Positions 31,715 through 41,881 are shown, counted from the stretch's first letter. The stretch is DNA of 64,000 nucleotides from Gammaproteobacteria bacterium (GCA_037381915.1 JARRQJ010000003.1:3917-67916), one strand, 5' to 3'. Notes: generated from the sequence alone by a model not told the origin. A program made the numbers and translations.

Positions 31715-32413
31715 ATGCCCAGTATACTCATCACCGGCAGCAACCGCGGCTTAGGCCTGGAATGGGCACGCCAATACGCCCAGGAAGATTGGCGCGTCTA
31801 TGCCACCTGCCGCCATCCGCAAGAGGCGACCGAACTGCATGAACTGGCGGAACGCCATCCCGATCTCAGCGTTCACCGCCTGGACGTAACCCGGCAAGCG
31901 GAAATCCAGGCACTGGCGGCGGACCTCGGCCAGGAGCCTATCGATATGCTGCTCAACAATGCCGGCGTTTACCTGGAAAAATTCGATGATGCGGTTAGCG
32001 GCGGCCTTTCCTATGACAACTGGTTATATACCCTTCTTGTAAACACCCTCGGTCCGATGCGGGTCAGCGAAGCCTTCATCCCCCACTTGGCGCGGAGCGA
32101 TCGGCGCTTGGTAATCACCATCACCAGCCATATGGGCAGCATCGCCGAGATCAGCAGTCCCGGCAGTTATTATTACCGCTCCAGCAAGGCGGCTTTGAAT
32201 GCCAGCATGAAAGGCCTGTCCCTGGAACTCAGGATGCGGGGGATCGGCGTGGTGCTTTTGCATCCCGGCTGGGTTCAAACCCGCATGGGCGGTCCCGGTG
32301 CACAGATCACCCCGGCCCAAAGCGTCAGCGGAATGCGCACCATAGTCGAGCATTTCAGGCTGGCTGACAGCGGTCGCTTCTTTCGCTACAACGGCACCGA
32401 AATACCCTGGTGA
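31715..32413 (+). CDS. short-chain dehydrogenase/reductase (SDR) family oxidoreductase
   Basis: Cofactor motif ILITGSNRGLGLE, NNAG, and catalytic YYYRSSK (YxxxK). Confidence 0.88.
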   Translation: MPSILITGSNRGLGLEWARQYAQEDWRVYATCRHPQEATELHELAERHPDLSVHRLDVTRQAEIQALAADLGQEPIDMLLNNAGVYLEKFDDAVSGGLSYDNWLYTLLVNTLGPMRVSEAFIPHLARSDRRLVITITSHMGSIAEISSPGSYYYRSSKAALNASMKGLSLELRMRGIGVVLLHPGWVQTRMGGPGAQITPAQSVSGMRTIVEHFRLADSGRFFRYNGTEIPW

Positions 32414-32583
32414 CCGTTCACGAGCACTAGCCGTTGCGCTATGGAACTCCGGGTGTTCACGTCTGTTATTTGCTATGATAGCCGGTACCTAAGCTTTCCC
32501 GACCTTCTCCGCTTGTTTCCGCGATGGCAGGAAACCAGGGGAGCGGATTATGCCGCAAATCGTGATTTATATCGGAGCGAATA

Positions 32584-32961
32584 ATGAAAATACCAGGCGC
32601 AGTGCTTCTAACTGCCATGTTGTTTCCGGCAATTTGTATGGGGGCGGACAAGAACGGCAACTTCGGCAGTTCGCTGCCCGTGGAGCTGAAGTACTGCGAC
32701 AGTTATCTTTCCGCCCTGGACGCCTGTCTGGCCGGGCATTGCTATAAGCAAAATATCTTCAATGCCTGGCTGAATGGGTACATCACCGCGTATAACGCCT
32801 ATGTCGACGACACGTTTAATATCATGGGCAAAAGGGACTCGGCATCCTTGAATTTCTGGCTGGCGAATTACTGCAAAAAGCACCAGCACACCTCATTCGA
32901 CTCCGCGGTGGGTCATCTGATGACCGAGTTGGCGCCGCAGCGGATCCGGGAGAAACCCTGA
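32584..32961 (+). CDS. small secreted Cys-containing hypothetical protein
   Basis: 125-aa ORF with a signal peptide (MKIPGAVLLTAMLFPAICMGA) and four Cys in the mature part. I recognise no family. Confidence 0.5.
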   Translation: MKIPGAVLLTAMLFPAICMGADKNGNFGSSLPVELKYCDSYLSALDACLAGHCYKQNIFNAWLNGYITAYNAYVDDTFNIMGKRDSASLNFWLANYCKKHQHTSFDSAVGHLMTELAPQRIREKP

Positions 32962-33223
32962 GTATTAACCTGGAGGAGTGGATCGGCATAGTCCGAATCC
33001 ATCGGCCGCGATCATGCTCCCCGCTTAATCTTCACCACGCCCCCTGCTCTCCCGCCAAGGCCCGCAGTCTTGCACGATGATGACCATCGCCGGACCGGCC
33101 GATCTCCCGGCATCGCAATGCTACCAATCGGTAACAAGGGCGCCGTTGCATTGTGCGGTTCACTCTACTGCAAAGGGGACATGAGTTCCGTGATCGATGT
33201 CATGAGGATATTCGCATAAGCTT

Positions 33224-34771
33224 TTATTCCAATTCCACGACGGTCTGCATGCCGGCATCCCGGGCCTTGGCGCTGTTTGGGCCCTTCAATAACAAGATCA
33301 GCGGCACGACGCACAGCGTGATCCACATCATCAAGCGAAAATCCTGCAAATACGACAATGCCGCCGCCTGACGGGTGACCAGATTATTGATGGCCGCCAA
33401 GCCCTGGGATGAACCGAGGTCGAATACCCCCGACTCCACGCCCTGCCGCAAACTCGAATTGAAAGGATTGATGTATTCGGAATAGGCCGCGTGATTGACC
33501 TGCAGGTTCTGGGCGAGCCGGGTCATCGCCACGGAGATCCCGATACTGCTGCCGATGTTCCGCATCAGACTGAACAGCGCCGTGCCTTCGTTGCGGTAGT
33601 GGGGTGCAAGTGTCGAAAATGAAACGGTCGACAACGGCACGAAGATAAAACCCAGCCCCAAGCCCTGGGTAATGCCCGTACGCACGATATCCCAGCCGGT
33701 GATATCCAGATTGAAATTCGTCATTTCCCACAATGACCAGGAAGTCAGGAGCAGGCCCAGGAATATCAGATAGCGGCTGTCGATCCTGCCGGATAGCCTG
33801 CCCACCGCCATCATGGCGATCATGGTGCCGATCCCGCGCGGCGCCAGGAGGAAACCAATGTCAATCACCGGATAATCCAACAGATTCTGCAGAAACGGCG
33901 GCAACAAGGCCATAGTGGCGAGCAGAATGATCCCCACGACAAAGATAAAAAGCAGTCCCACGCTGAAATTGCGATCCTTGAACAATTGCGGTTCGAAGAA
34001 GGGACGCTCATGGGTGAAGATATGGGAGACGAACAGATAGAGCATTAGTCCCCCCAGTATCGCCTCGACGACAATCTCACGGCTCGCGAACCAATTGAGC
34101 GATTCACCGCGGTCGAGCATCATCTGCATGGCGCCGATTCCCAGACTGAGAAAGGCGAAGCCCATCAGATCGAAACGCCGCGAGCGGTCGATGTCCGTCT
34201 CCTGGACGAAAGCCGCGAGCCCGGCCCAGGCAAGCAATCCCACCGGCAAGTTGATATAAAAGACCCACCGCCAGTTATAGTATTCCGTCAGCCATCCGCC
34301 CAGGGTCGGTCCCAAAATGGGTCCCACCATAACCCCCACCCCCCACATCGCCATGGCCGATCCGTGCCTTTCCCGCGGATAGGTGTCGAGCAGCACCGCC
34401 TGCGACAAGGGCACCAGACTGGCGCCGAATATGCCCTGCAAGAGGCGGAACAATACGATCTGGCCGAGACTCTGCGCCATCCCGCACAGCATCGAGGTCA
34501 AGGTAAATCCGATCACCGACCAGACGAATACGCGCTTGCGGCCCAGGCGCGCGCTGAAAAAACCGGTCAGCGGCATGAAGATCGCCGCAGCCACTATATA
34601 AGAGGTCAGGACCCAGGAAATCTGATCCTGGGTGGCCGACATACTCCCCTGCATATGCGGCAGCGCCACATTGGCTATCGTGGTGTCCACCCCCTGCATG
34701 ATGGTGGCCAACATCAAGGACAGGGCGATGAAGCCCTGGTGCCCGGCTGAATCGCTGTGCTTGGCTGTCAC
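33224..34771 (-). CDS. emrB: MFS (DHA2/EmrB-QacA family, 14-TM) multidrug efflux permease
   Basis: 515 aa. ...VALPHMQGS...W..TSY......P..G....R.GRKR... and 14 hydrophobic segments. It follows an HlyD-family gene and a marR gene. Confidence 0.88.
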   Translation of the reverse strand: MTAKHSDSAGHQGFIALSLMLATIMQGVDTTIANVALPHMQGSMSATQDQISWVLTSYIVAAAIFMPLTGFFSARLGRKRVFVWSVIGFTLTSMLCGMAQSLGQIVLFRLLQGIFGASLVPLSQAVLLDTYPRERHGSAMAMWGVGVMVGPILGPTLGGWLTEYYNWRWVFYINLPVGLLAWAGLAAFVQETDIDRSRRFDLMGFAFLSLGIGAMQMMLDRGESLNWFASREIVVEAILGGLMLYLFVSHIFTHERPFFEPQLFKDRNFSVGLLFIFVVGIILLATMALLPPFLQNLLDYPVIDIGFLLAPRGIGTMIAMMAVGRLSGRIDSRYLIFLGLLLTSWSLWEMTNFNLDITGWDIVRTGITQGLGLGFIFVPLSTVSFSTLAPHYRNEGTALFSLMRNIGSSIGISVAMTRLAQNLQVNHAAYSEYINPFNSSLRQGVESGVFDLGSSQGLAAINNLVTRQAAALSYLQDFRLMMWITLCVVPLILLLKGPNSAKARDAGMQTVVELE

Positions 34772-34781
34772 GGTGCCGGTG

Positions 34782-35861
34782 TCACAGGGTCAAGCCGAGC
34801 AGGCTGCGTTGGTGTCCCGTGTCGATCTCCACCCAGGAACTCAGCCCCGCCCGAACCGCCGGCAGCTTCGCGTCGGCGGCGATACGGATGCGCACCGGCA
34901 CGCGCTGCACAATCTTGACCCAGTTGCCGATGGCGTTCTGCGCCGGGATCACCGCGAACTCCGACCCGGTGGCAGGACTCAGGCTGTCGACCACCCCTGA
35001 CCACTTTCTGCCAGGATAGCTGTCGATCCGCAGCTTAACGGCCTGGCCGGGATGTACATAGGTGAGATCGGTTTCAGTGAAGTTCGCCTCGACCCACATG
35101 TGTTTGTCCGCCACCAATGCCATGGCGGTATTCCCGGCCTTGAGGTATTGGCCCGGCTCGGGAAGTCTGCTAACGCTGCCCGGGAGCGAGGCGCGAACCT
35201 CTGTGTGGTGCAGATCAAGTTCGGCCTGCGCCAGCTCTGCGGACGCGGCGAGATAGTCGGGGTGTTTATCCATCGGGGTGTCGATTCCGCCGCCCAGTGA
35301 TTGGGCGATACGCTTCAGATCCTGCCGCAGGGCCGTTATCTGCTGCGCGGTGACTTTGACATTGTGTTCGACCTTGTCCAGTTTGGAAGCGGAGACAAAA
35401 CTCTTCGAGGCCAAATCACGTACGCGCCGCCGTTCCTTGAGGGCATAGGCATGGTTGGTCCGGGCCACATCGATCTCGGCCTGTTTCTCGAGATAGCTTT
35501 GCTTGAGCGCCGCCAGATCAGTGCGGACCTGCGCGAGCTTGGCTTGCGCCCTGTCCACCGCTACCCGAAACGGCGCGGGATCCAGGCGAAACAGCACCTG
35601 CCCCGCCTTTACCTCCTGATTCTCTTTTACCAGGACGTCTTGCACGGTCCCCGCCACCTCCGCACTGACCGGCACAATATCGGCCTTGAGGTAGGCATCG
35701 TCGGTGGCCACATAGCGTCCACCCTTGAGATAGAAAACCAGACCGATCAATCCGGCCACCAGAGGTACGATAATCAGCAACAGCAACCGCTTTACGCGCC
35801 TGCCTGCAGGCCGAGTGCGAGATGCTGAGGCCGCGAAAGAATTTGATGCCATATCGTCCAT
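34782..35861 (-). CDS. emrA: HlyD/EmrA-family membrane fusion protein
   Basis: A single N-terminal TM, ...TDDAYLKADIVPVSAEVAGTV..V.V.ENQ.VK.GQVLF.LD, a coiled-coil middle and a beta-barrel C-terminus. The exact start among several Met codons is uncertain. Confidence 0.85.
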   Translation of the reverse strand: MDDMASNSFAASASRTRPAGRRVKRLLLLIIVPLVAGLIGLVFYLKGGRYVATDDAYLKADIVPVSAEVAGTVQDVLVKENQEVKAGQVLFRLDPAPFRVAVDRAQAKLAQVRTDLAALKQSYLEKQAEIDVARTNHAYALKERRRVRDLASKSFVSASKLDKVEHNVKVTAQQITALRQDLKRIAQSLGGGIDTPMDKHPDYLAASAELAQAELDLHHTEVRASLPGSVSRLPEPGQYLKAGNTAMALVADKHMWVEANFTETDLTYVHPGQAVKLRIDSYPGRKWSGVVDSLSPATGSEFAVIPAQNAIGNWVKIVQRVPVRIRIAADAKLPAVRAGLSSWVEIDTGHQRSLLGLTL

Positions 35862-35881
35862 ATCGATACTTCAAAAATAAT

Positions 35882-36313
35882 TTACTGGGAACGGGCGCCG
35901 AGGTTGTCGCGCAGCCTTTTCAGCACCAGGAGAAATTGTCGATACTCATTGTCATCGAGACCTTTCAGGGCATCCATGCGGATCGCTTCGCCGACTCGCG
36001 CTATGGCCTCAAGCTGCGGTGAGGCCGCGGAAGTGAGAAATAACTGGTAGGCGCGGCGATCATGCGGGTCGCTGCGCCGCTCGACCAAGCCGCCCGCCGC
36101 CAACTGGTCGATGAGCCGGGCAAGCGTGATGGGCTGGATTTCCAACAATTCCGCGAGATCTACCTGACGAATGCCTTGGCGCCGTGAAATGTTAACGAGA
36201 ACACGCGCCTGGGCCAGGGTCAGTTCGCTCCCCTCCAGGCGTTGCTGAAACGCACGCCGCATCAGGCGGGAAGCATCGGCCAATAGAAACCCCAACGTCT
36301 CTTGTCCCGTCAT
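35882..36313 (-). CDS. MarR-family transcriptional regulator
   Basis: 143 aa. wHTH pattern ...LTLAQARVLVNISRRQGIRQVDLAELLEIQPITLARLIDQLAAGGLVERR.DP.DRRA. First gene of the marR-emrA-emrB operon. Confidence 0.9.
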   Translation of the reverse strand: MTGQETLGFLLADASRLMRRAFQQRLEGSELTLAQARVLVNISRRQGIRQVDLAELLEIQPITLARLIDQLAAGGLVERRSDPHDRRAYQLFLTSAASPQLEAIARVGEAIRMDALKGLDDNEYRQFLLVLKRLRDNLGARSQ

Positions 36314-36381
36314 TCTAATACCCTATATATATCATATGTAACGCTCATTATATTTAGCATATATTATTTACCTGTCAAGCC

Positions 36382-36398
36382 TTCCTTGCCGCAAGGAA
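36382..36398. promoter_or_regulatory. perfect 8-1-8 palindrome, candidate MarR operator in the marR / ppk2 divergent region
   Basis: TTCCTTGC C GCAAGGAA lies 69-85 nt upstream of the marR start in an AT-rich stretch. MarR dimers bind palindromes of this size. Confidence 0.35.
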
Positions 36399-36606
36399 AT
36401 AAATATATTGCCAATCAATGATATATTATGAACAGCCTCTCGCACGGTCGGCATCCGCACCGATGAAATGCCTTGAACTTGAGCATGACCCCCTTCTCTA
36501 AAGCGGGATAGCAAGGTGCTCAACGGCGGCAAACTGACTACCATGGGGATTTAAGCGCAGCGTCGCGCCGCCGCAATCCAAAATTCGCCAACGATGAGGG
36601 CGTATC

Positions 36607-37443
36607 ATGACGTTCAGCGACAAGTTTCGCGTAAAACCAGGTCATAAACTGGCTCTTTCCGCCATCGACCCCGCCTACAAAGAACACCACCGGAACAAGC
36701 AGGATGCACAGGCCGAAATCGACCACAACGCTCGACGGCTGGTGGAATTGCAGTATCTCCTGTACGCCGAGGGACAACGCGGACTGCTGATCTGCCTCCA
36801 GGCAATGGACACCGGAGGTAAGGACGGCACCATCCGTCACGTGCTCAGCTACATGAATCCGCAAGGCTGCCGGGTACAGGCCTTCAAGGTCCCGACACAC
36901 GAGGAAGCGGCCCACGACTTTTTGTGGCGCGCCCATAAGGTCACCCCCCGCCGCGGTGAAGTCGTCATATTCAACCGCTCCCATTATGAGGATGTACTGG
37001 TGGCCCGTGTCCACAAGCTGGTTTCGGAATCCCTTTGGTCCAAGCGCTATGACGCAATCAATGCCTTCGAAAAACTGCTGGCTGACAACAATACCCACGT
37101 TCTCAAATTCTTTCTCCACATCAGCAAGGACGAACAACTCAAGCGCTTCAAAAAACGCCTGGAAGACCCGGCGCGCCATTGGAAAATCAGTGAGGCGGAT
37201 TATGCGGAACGTCACTACTGGGAAGAATACCAAAAGGCCTACGAAGACGCCCTGACGCGCTGCAGCACCGAGCAGGCACCTTGGTACGTGATTCCCGCCG
37301 ATCACAAATGGTTTCGCAATCTGGCAATATCAAGGATTGTCGTCGAATACCTGGAAGGACTGGATATGCGCTTCCCCGCGCCCACAGTAAATATCGCAAA
37401 CATCAAGAAGGAATATCACGAGGCACAGAATGAGGAACGGTAA
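36607..37443 (+). CDS. ppk2: polyphosphate kinase 2 (PPK2) family protein
   Basis: 278 aa. ...LLICLQAMDTGGKDGTIRHV...NPQG..V.AFK.PT.EE..HDFLWR.H...P..GE..IFNRSHYEDVLV.RVH is the P-loop-like PPK2 signature. Confidence 0.9.
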   Translation: MTFSDKFRVKPGHKLALSAIDPAYKEHHRNKQDAQAEIDHNARRLVELQYLLYAEGQRGLLICLQAMDTGGKDGTIRHVLSYMNPQGCRVQAFKVPTHEEAAHDFLWRAHKVTPRRGEVVIFNRSHYEDVLVARVHKLVSESLWSKRYDAINAFEKLLADNNTHVLKFFLHISKDEQLKRFKKRLEDPARHWKISEADYAERHYWEEYQKAYEDALTRCSTEQAPWYVIPADHKWFRNLAISRIVVEYLEGLDMRFPAPTVNIANIKKEYHEAQNEER

Positions 37444-37793
37444 TCCGCCTACACCGCTCCCAGGATAAAGCCGTTCCGCGGAGACGGAGCGTGCGCAAGC
37501 AAATTGCCTGTCGATGGTTTTAAAAGTCCGCGACGGAACAGATTACGACAGACTCCGCGCCGAGGCGTCCTGGCGGTGACCCGACGACGTTCTGGTGCTG
37601 TTTAACACTTTGATCGCTAAAGCGCCAAACCGTGGTCGGGCGGCTCGGCCACCAGCGGCTTACCGCCGTCTAAAGCATTCCGGTGACACGTAAAGAAATC
37701 AACCGATGTACCGAAATAGAGTATGCGGCCGGTTGGACCGCAAGCTGCCCATTTCAGCGTTCTGGGGACTGTACGAACTAAGCCAGGTGTGTC

Positions 37794-38561
37794 ATGAGTG
37801 ACAACAAGTTTGCATTGGTCATCGATGATTCCGTTTCCATACGGCAACAGGTCGTCTCGATTCTACGCGGTAACGACGACGTCGGGGAGGTTTTGGAAGC
37901 CGACAATCCCGACCAAGCCCTGGAGGTATTGCTGCAACACGACGGCAATCTGCAATTTATCGTCAGCGACTGGAATCTGTCCGGAATGCCGTTGAAGGAG
38001 CTTCTCAAGCTCATACAGTATCAGCCGCGCCTGGCCGGGGCGCCGCTGTTGTTAATGGTCGATGACGGCAATCAGAATGCCAAGATGGCGGCCAAGGAAA
38101 CGGGAGCGACAGCGGTGTTATCGACCCCTCTCGATCCCGAGCGATTACTGGTCATGAGCATGGCGGTGACCGGGACCGTGGATCGGCGCAGGGCCAAGCG
38201 CATCACCCCGTTTATCGACTGCGAGATTGACCTCGGCTTTGCAAAATCGCAAAAGAGTCAGGGGGCGGACATCGTCAACATATCCGATTCGGGCATATTG
38301 CTGCGCACCGCGGTACCAACGCCGGGCACCGGCTACGTATACGATATCGCGAACGTGAGCTTGCGACCCGCCGTGGGTGAATCGATCAAACTGTCCGCCA
38401 AGATCCTGCGTATCGAAGCGGCGGAGCAATACAGCGATGTGGAGAAGAAGGTCTTTATGGCACTCGCCTACGAAAACATGAATGAGTCTGTTGGCAAATC
38501 CCTGAGACAATATCTCATCATGAATGACCTCCAGGACTTCGGTGGTGAATTCACCGTATAG
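37794..38561 (+). CDS. response-regulator receiver fused to a PilZ (c-di-GMP-binding) domain
   Basis: REC: ALVIDDSVSIRQ...FIVSDWNLSGMP. PilZ: RRRAKR (RxxxR) followed about 30 aa later by NISDSG ((D/N)xSxxG). Confidence 0.8.
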   Translation: MSDNKFALVIDDSVSIRQQVVSILRGNDDVGEVLEADNPDQALEVLLQHDGNLQFIVSDWNLSGMPLKELLKLIQYQPRLAGAPLLLMVDDGNQNAKMAAKETGATAVLSTPLDPERLLVMSMAVTGTVDRRRAKRITPFIDCEIDLGFAKSQKSQGADIVNISDSGILLRTAVPTPGTGYVYDIANVSLRPAVGESIKLSAKILRIEAAEQYSDVEKKVFMALAYENMNESVGKSLRQYLIMNDLQDFGGEFTV

Positions 38562-38615
38562 GCCGGCCGCTCGCTTCCTGGCCGATCAGCCCGATGAGGG
38601 GAATCAACGCATTCC

Positions 38616-39605
38616 CTAGACCACCAGTCGCTGGATGGCCGCCAGCGAGCCCGCACTGATGGCCGACCACAGCAGCAAACCCAGCACCAGCGGCCGCGGC
38701 CCTACTGTTCTCAGCGCCTCTCTGGACACACCGGCACCGATCAGAAACAGGGTCAGGGTCATGAACCGCTCCGCCACAGCGGTTATGGCAGGCGCGGCGC
38801 CCGCCACCGCCGGTAGCAGCGTTCGCACCGTCGACGCCAGCAGAAACAAACCAATAAACCAGGGGATGGTGATGCGGGCAGTGGCGACGCCCGACTTGCC
38901 GGCGCGGAGTCGGTGTGTCATCGCTACCAGCAAGGTGACCGGCACGATCCATAAGGCCCTGGAAAGTTTCACCGCGGTCGCTACCCGCAGGGCATGGTGG
39001 CCGTAGGCGGCCGCCGCGCCAACCACGGATGAGATATCGTGGATGGCCACCCCCGCCCACGTACCAAACTGGGTCTGATCGAGCCCCAGGTGACGGCCGG
39101 CCAGAGGGAACAGATAGAGTGCCGCCGCATTGAGCAGAAACACCGTCCCCAGGGCCGCCGACATTTCGGCCCCCTCCGCCGCTATCACGGCACCCACCGC
39201 GGCAATCGCGGAGCCCCCGCAAATCGCCGTGCCGGCACACACCAGTGTTACCGTGGCAGCCGGAATGCGCATCCATCGCCCCAGGACATGACCCGCCGCC
39301 CAAGTGAGCGCGATGCTCACCGCGGTGAACCAGAAGCCATGCAAGCCCACCCGCCCTACCACGTGCAGATCCATGCTGAAACCCAGGGCCACCACCGAGA
39401 TCTGCAATAGCCGGTGCGCCGTGACCCTGGTCAGAGCGGCATGGGGATTGCCTGTTAGCAGGGCCAACGCCATGCCCGCCGCCAGCGCCTGCGGCGGTGA
39501 CAACACGCCCGCCAGGCAGGCCCACCCAACGCCCAATAATAAGGCCACGGCGAACCTGGATGAGGATACGGCGCATATCGCGGGATGATGGCTTTCGCTT
39601 GCCAC
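38616..39605 (-). CDS. yeiH: YeiH/UPF0324-family membrane protein (putative sulfate exporter family transporter)
   Basis: 329 aa, about 10 TM, Gly/Ala-rich helices. It pairs divergently with a LysR regulator, as for E. coli yeiE-yeiH. Confidence 0.75.
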   Translation of the reverse strand: MASESHHPAICAVSSSRFAVALLLGVGWACLAGVLSPPQALAAGMALALLTGNPHAALTRVTAHRLLQISVVALGFSMDLHVVGRVGLHGFWFTAVSIALTWAAGHVLGRWMRIPAATVTLVCAGTAICGGSAIAAVGAVIAAEGAEMSAALGTVFLLNAAALYLFPLAGRHLGLDQTQFGTWAGVAIHDISSVVGAAAAYGHHALRVATAVKLSRALWIVPVTLLVAMTHRLRAGKSGVATARITIPWFIGLFLLASTVRTLLPAVAGAAPAITAVAERFMTLTLFLIGAGVSREALRTVGPRPLVLGLLLWSAISAGSLAAIQRLVV

Positions 39606-39704
39606 AGTGCGGATCTCCCCAGTGAAGACAAGCTGAGCTTAGAGACTATTTATACATTTAAAAAATGCATATAATTTATACAATTCATAGCCTGAGGTTA
39701 TGCC

Positions 39705-40631
39705 TTGAATCTGAATCATTTGGCCATCTTCCAGGCCGTGGCCGAAGCTGGCAGTATCGGCGGCGGTGCTGCGCGCCTGCATATCAGTCAGCCCGCGGTA
39801 TCCAAACAACTCAAAGACTTCGAATCCTCGCTGGGTCTGCCCCTTTTCGACCGTCTGCCCAAGGGGGTCCGCTTGACCGGGGCGGGCGTGCAATTACTGG
39901 TCTTCGCCCAGCGAATAAGCGCCGCCGAAGCGGCGGCCGAACGGACGCTGGCGGATATGCGCGGTCTGCATGCCGGCAAACTGGCCATCGGCGCCAGCAC
40001 CACCATCGGCAATTACCTGTTGCCCGCCACGCTCGCCGAATTCCGGCGGGCCCATCCAGGCATCGAAATCGCGCTGGAAATCGCCAATACCGAAGTCATT
40101 CAACATAAGCTGCTGGACAGCGCCCTGGACCTGGGCCTCACCGAAGGTTTCGTGGAGAGTGACGAACTGTACGCGGAGGTGTTTGCTATGGACCAGATTG
40201 TGGTGATCGCCGCACCCGATCATCATTTGGCGAAACGTAGCCGTCTCTCTCTACACGAACTTTGCGATGAAACCTGCGTGCTGCGCGAACCGGGTTCCGG
40301 TACCCGCTCGGTAATCGAACATATGCTCATGCAACGGGGCTTAGAGCACAAACCGGCCATGTCGCTCGGCAGCACGGAGGCGATCAAGCGGGCCGTGGCC
40401 GATGGCGCCGGGATTTCCCTGGTATCCAGACTGGCGGTGAGCGACGAACTGGACGGCGGAACCCTGGTGCTGCTGCCGGTGGACGACTTGCAGCTGGAAC
40501 GCCCACTGCACAAACTCAGTTTACGCGACAAACAACCCAGTCGCGCCGTGCAGGTCTTTGCGGCGTTGCTCCCTCTCCACGTCTCGGGACGCGGACTTAT
40601 TTGTCCGCCTCCGTCGGAACCACGTCAATGA
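39705..40631 (+). CDS. LysR-family transcriptional regulator
   Basis: N-terminal HTH MNLNHLAIFQAVAEAGSIGGGAARLHISQPAVSKQLKDFE..LG..LFDR plus a LysR substrate-binding domain. Confidence 0.92.
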   Translation: MNLNHLAIFQAVAEAGSIGGGAARLHISQPAVSKQLKDFESSLGLPLFDRLPKGVRLTGAGVQLLVFAQRISAAEAAAERTLADMRGLHAGKLAIGASTTIGNYLLPATLAEFRRAHPGIEIALEIANTEVIQHKLLDSALDLGLTEGFVESDELYAEVFAMDQIVVIAAPDHHLAKRSRLSLHELCDETCVLREPGSGTRSVIEHMLMQRGLEHKPAMSLGSTEAIKRAVADGAGISLVSRLAVSDELDGGTLVLLPVDDLQLERPLHKLSLRDKQPSRAVQVFAALLPLHVSGRGLICPPPSEPRQ

Positions 40632-40695
40632 AGCAAATTGATGCGTCGGCTTAGGAAGAAGACGACCAACCCCGGAAGACCACCCCACCTCGTGG

Positions 40696-41382
40696 CTAGC
40701 GAAAGCGTCTCGGGGTCCGACGCCAGTACCACAGCAGCAAGAAACCGAACAGCATCCCGCCCAGATGCGCAAAATGGGCCACGCCGGCCTCGGTCCCGGT
40801 AACGCCGGCCCACAACTCGATGGCGCCATAAATCAGCACAAACCATTTCGCCCGCAGCACCACCGGCGGGAACAGCAGCACCAGACGTTCATTGGGAAAG
40901 GTCATACCGAAGGCCAGCAGCAATCCAAACACCCCGCCCGAGGCACCGATGGTCGGATAGATTCCAGCCATGCCCGAACTCTGACTGACAACGAATAATT
41001 GCACCAGCCCCGCCCCGATGACGCACACAAAATAGTAAACTGCAAACGCCTTCGAACCCCATACATACTCCATGCGCGTGCCGAACAGCCACAAGCCGTA
41101 CATATTCAGTAGCAGATGCATGATGCCGCCATGCAGGAATGCATAGCTTATCAGCTGCCAAGGCTCGAAGTGGGGCTGCGCCCCACCGGACAGGGGTGAG
41201 ACCGGCATGCCCAACGGCCAAAGTGCCAGCCGATTGAGCAGCGGGGCGCCAATATAAAGCTCGAGCAAGAACAGCAGTCCGTTCAGGATCAGGAGTGTCT
41301 GAACAACCGGCGCTGCGGCAGAATACGATCTTATGCTGTTAAATTTCACCCAAACTCGACTCGGACAGGTAAGCCATTCCAT
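40696..41382 (-). CDS. rhomboid-family intramembrane serine protease
   Basis: Six hydrophobic segments. ...FLHGGIMHLLLNMY.LW.FG, the catalytic GASGGVFG (GxSG), and His in AHLGGMLFG. The start is uncertain (TTG 41430 or ATG 41382). Confidence 0.85.
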   Translation of the reverse strand: MEWLTCPSRVWVKFNSIRSYSAAAPVVQTLLILNGLLFLLELYIGAPLLNRLALWPLGMPVSPLSGGAQPHFEPWQLISYAFLHGGIMHLLLNMYGLWLFGTRMEYVWGSKAFAVYYFVCVIGAGLVQLFVVSQSSGMAGIYPTIGASGGVFGLLLAFGMTFPNERLVLLFPPVVLRAKWFVLIYGAIELWAGVTGTEAGVAHFAHLGGMLFGFLLLWYWRRTPRRFR

Positions 41383-41855
41383 AAACAGAAGCCCGCGAAC
41401 ATTCGGCACGGACTCCCGGAGGCAAAACAAGACGCCACAGCGATGAAACCCGCAACGATGATCCTGGTAAGCCTAGCCCGGCGGGATCCTTAGACCAAGG
41501 AACGGTGCCAACACTCACGTGGCATCCGATTCTCCTGCTTGCCTAGCCAAATAGTATGAACCAACAAAATGCGTGCAAGAAGGAAGTCATTCATGTTGGC
41601 ACCGCGACCAGCACTCGGGATCACTTTCGGGAAACGTGAACAGCCAGACCGACGAAGCTGCCGCACATCTTTGACATTTCAAATATTCAATTAAATGAAG
41701 TCAGCTCGGCGGAGAGAGTGAGGACCCATTCTGATCTACGACCATTGCCCTGCGTGCACCGATCGAACCCGGCCGATCGATGTCCGAGGGGCTCGAATCC
41801 CCGCTCCGTCACGAAACCGGGCCAAAACAAGCATAGGCGGAACATCACGCGGCTA

Positions 41856-41881
41856 AATTGGCGGAGAGGGAGGGATTCGAA
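41856..41881. repeat. attL-type direct repeat: displaced copy of the tRNA-Ser 3' end
   Basis: AATTGGCGGAGAGGGAGGGATTCGAA is identical over 26 nt to 50224-50249, which covers the last 23 nt of tRNA-Ser(GGA) plus 3 nt downstream. Confidence 0.85.
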
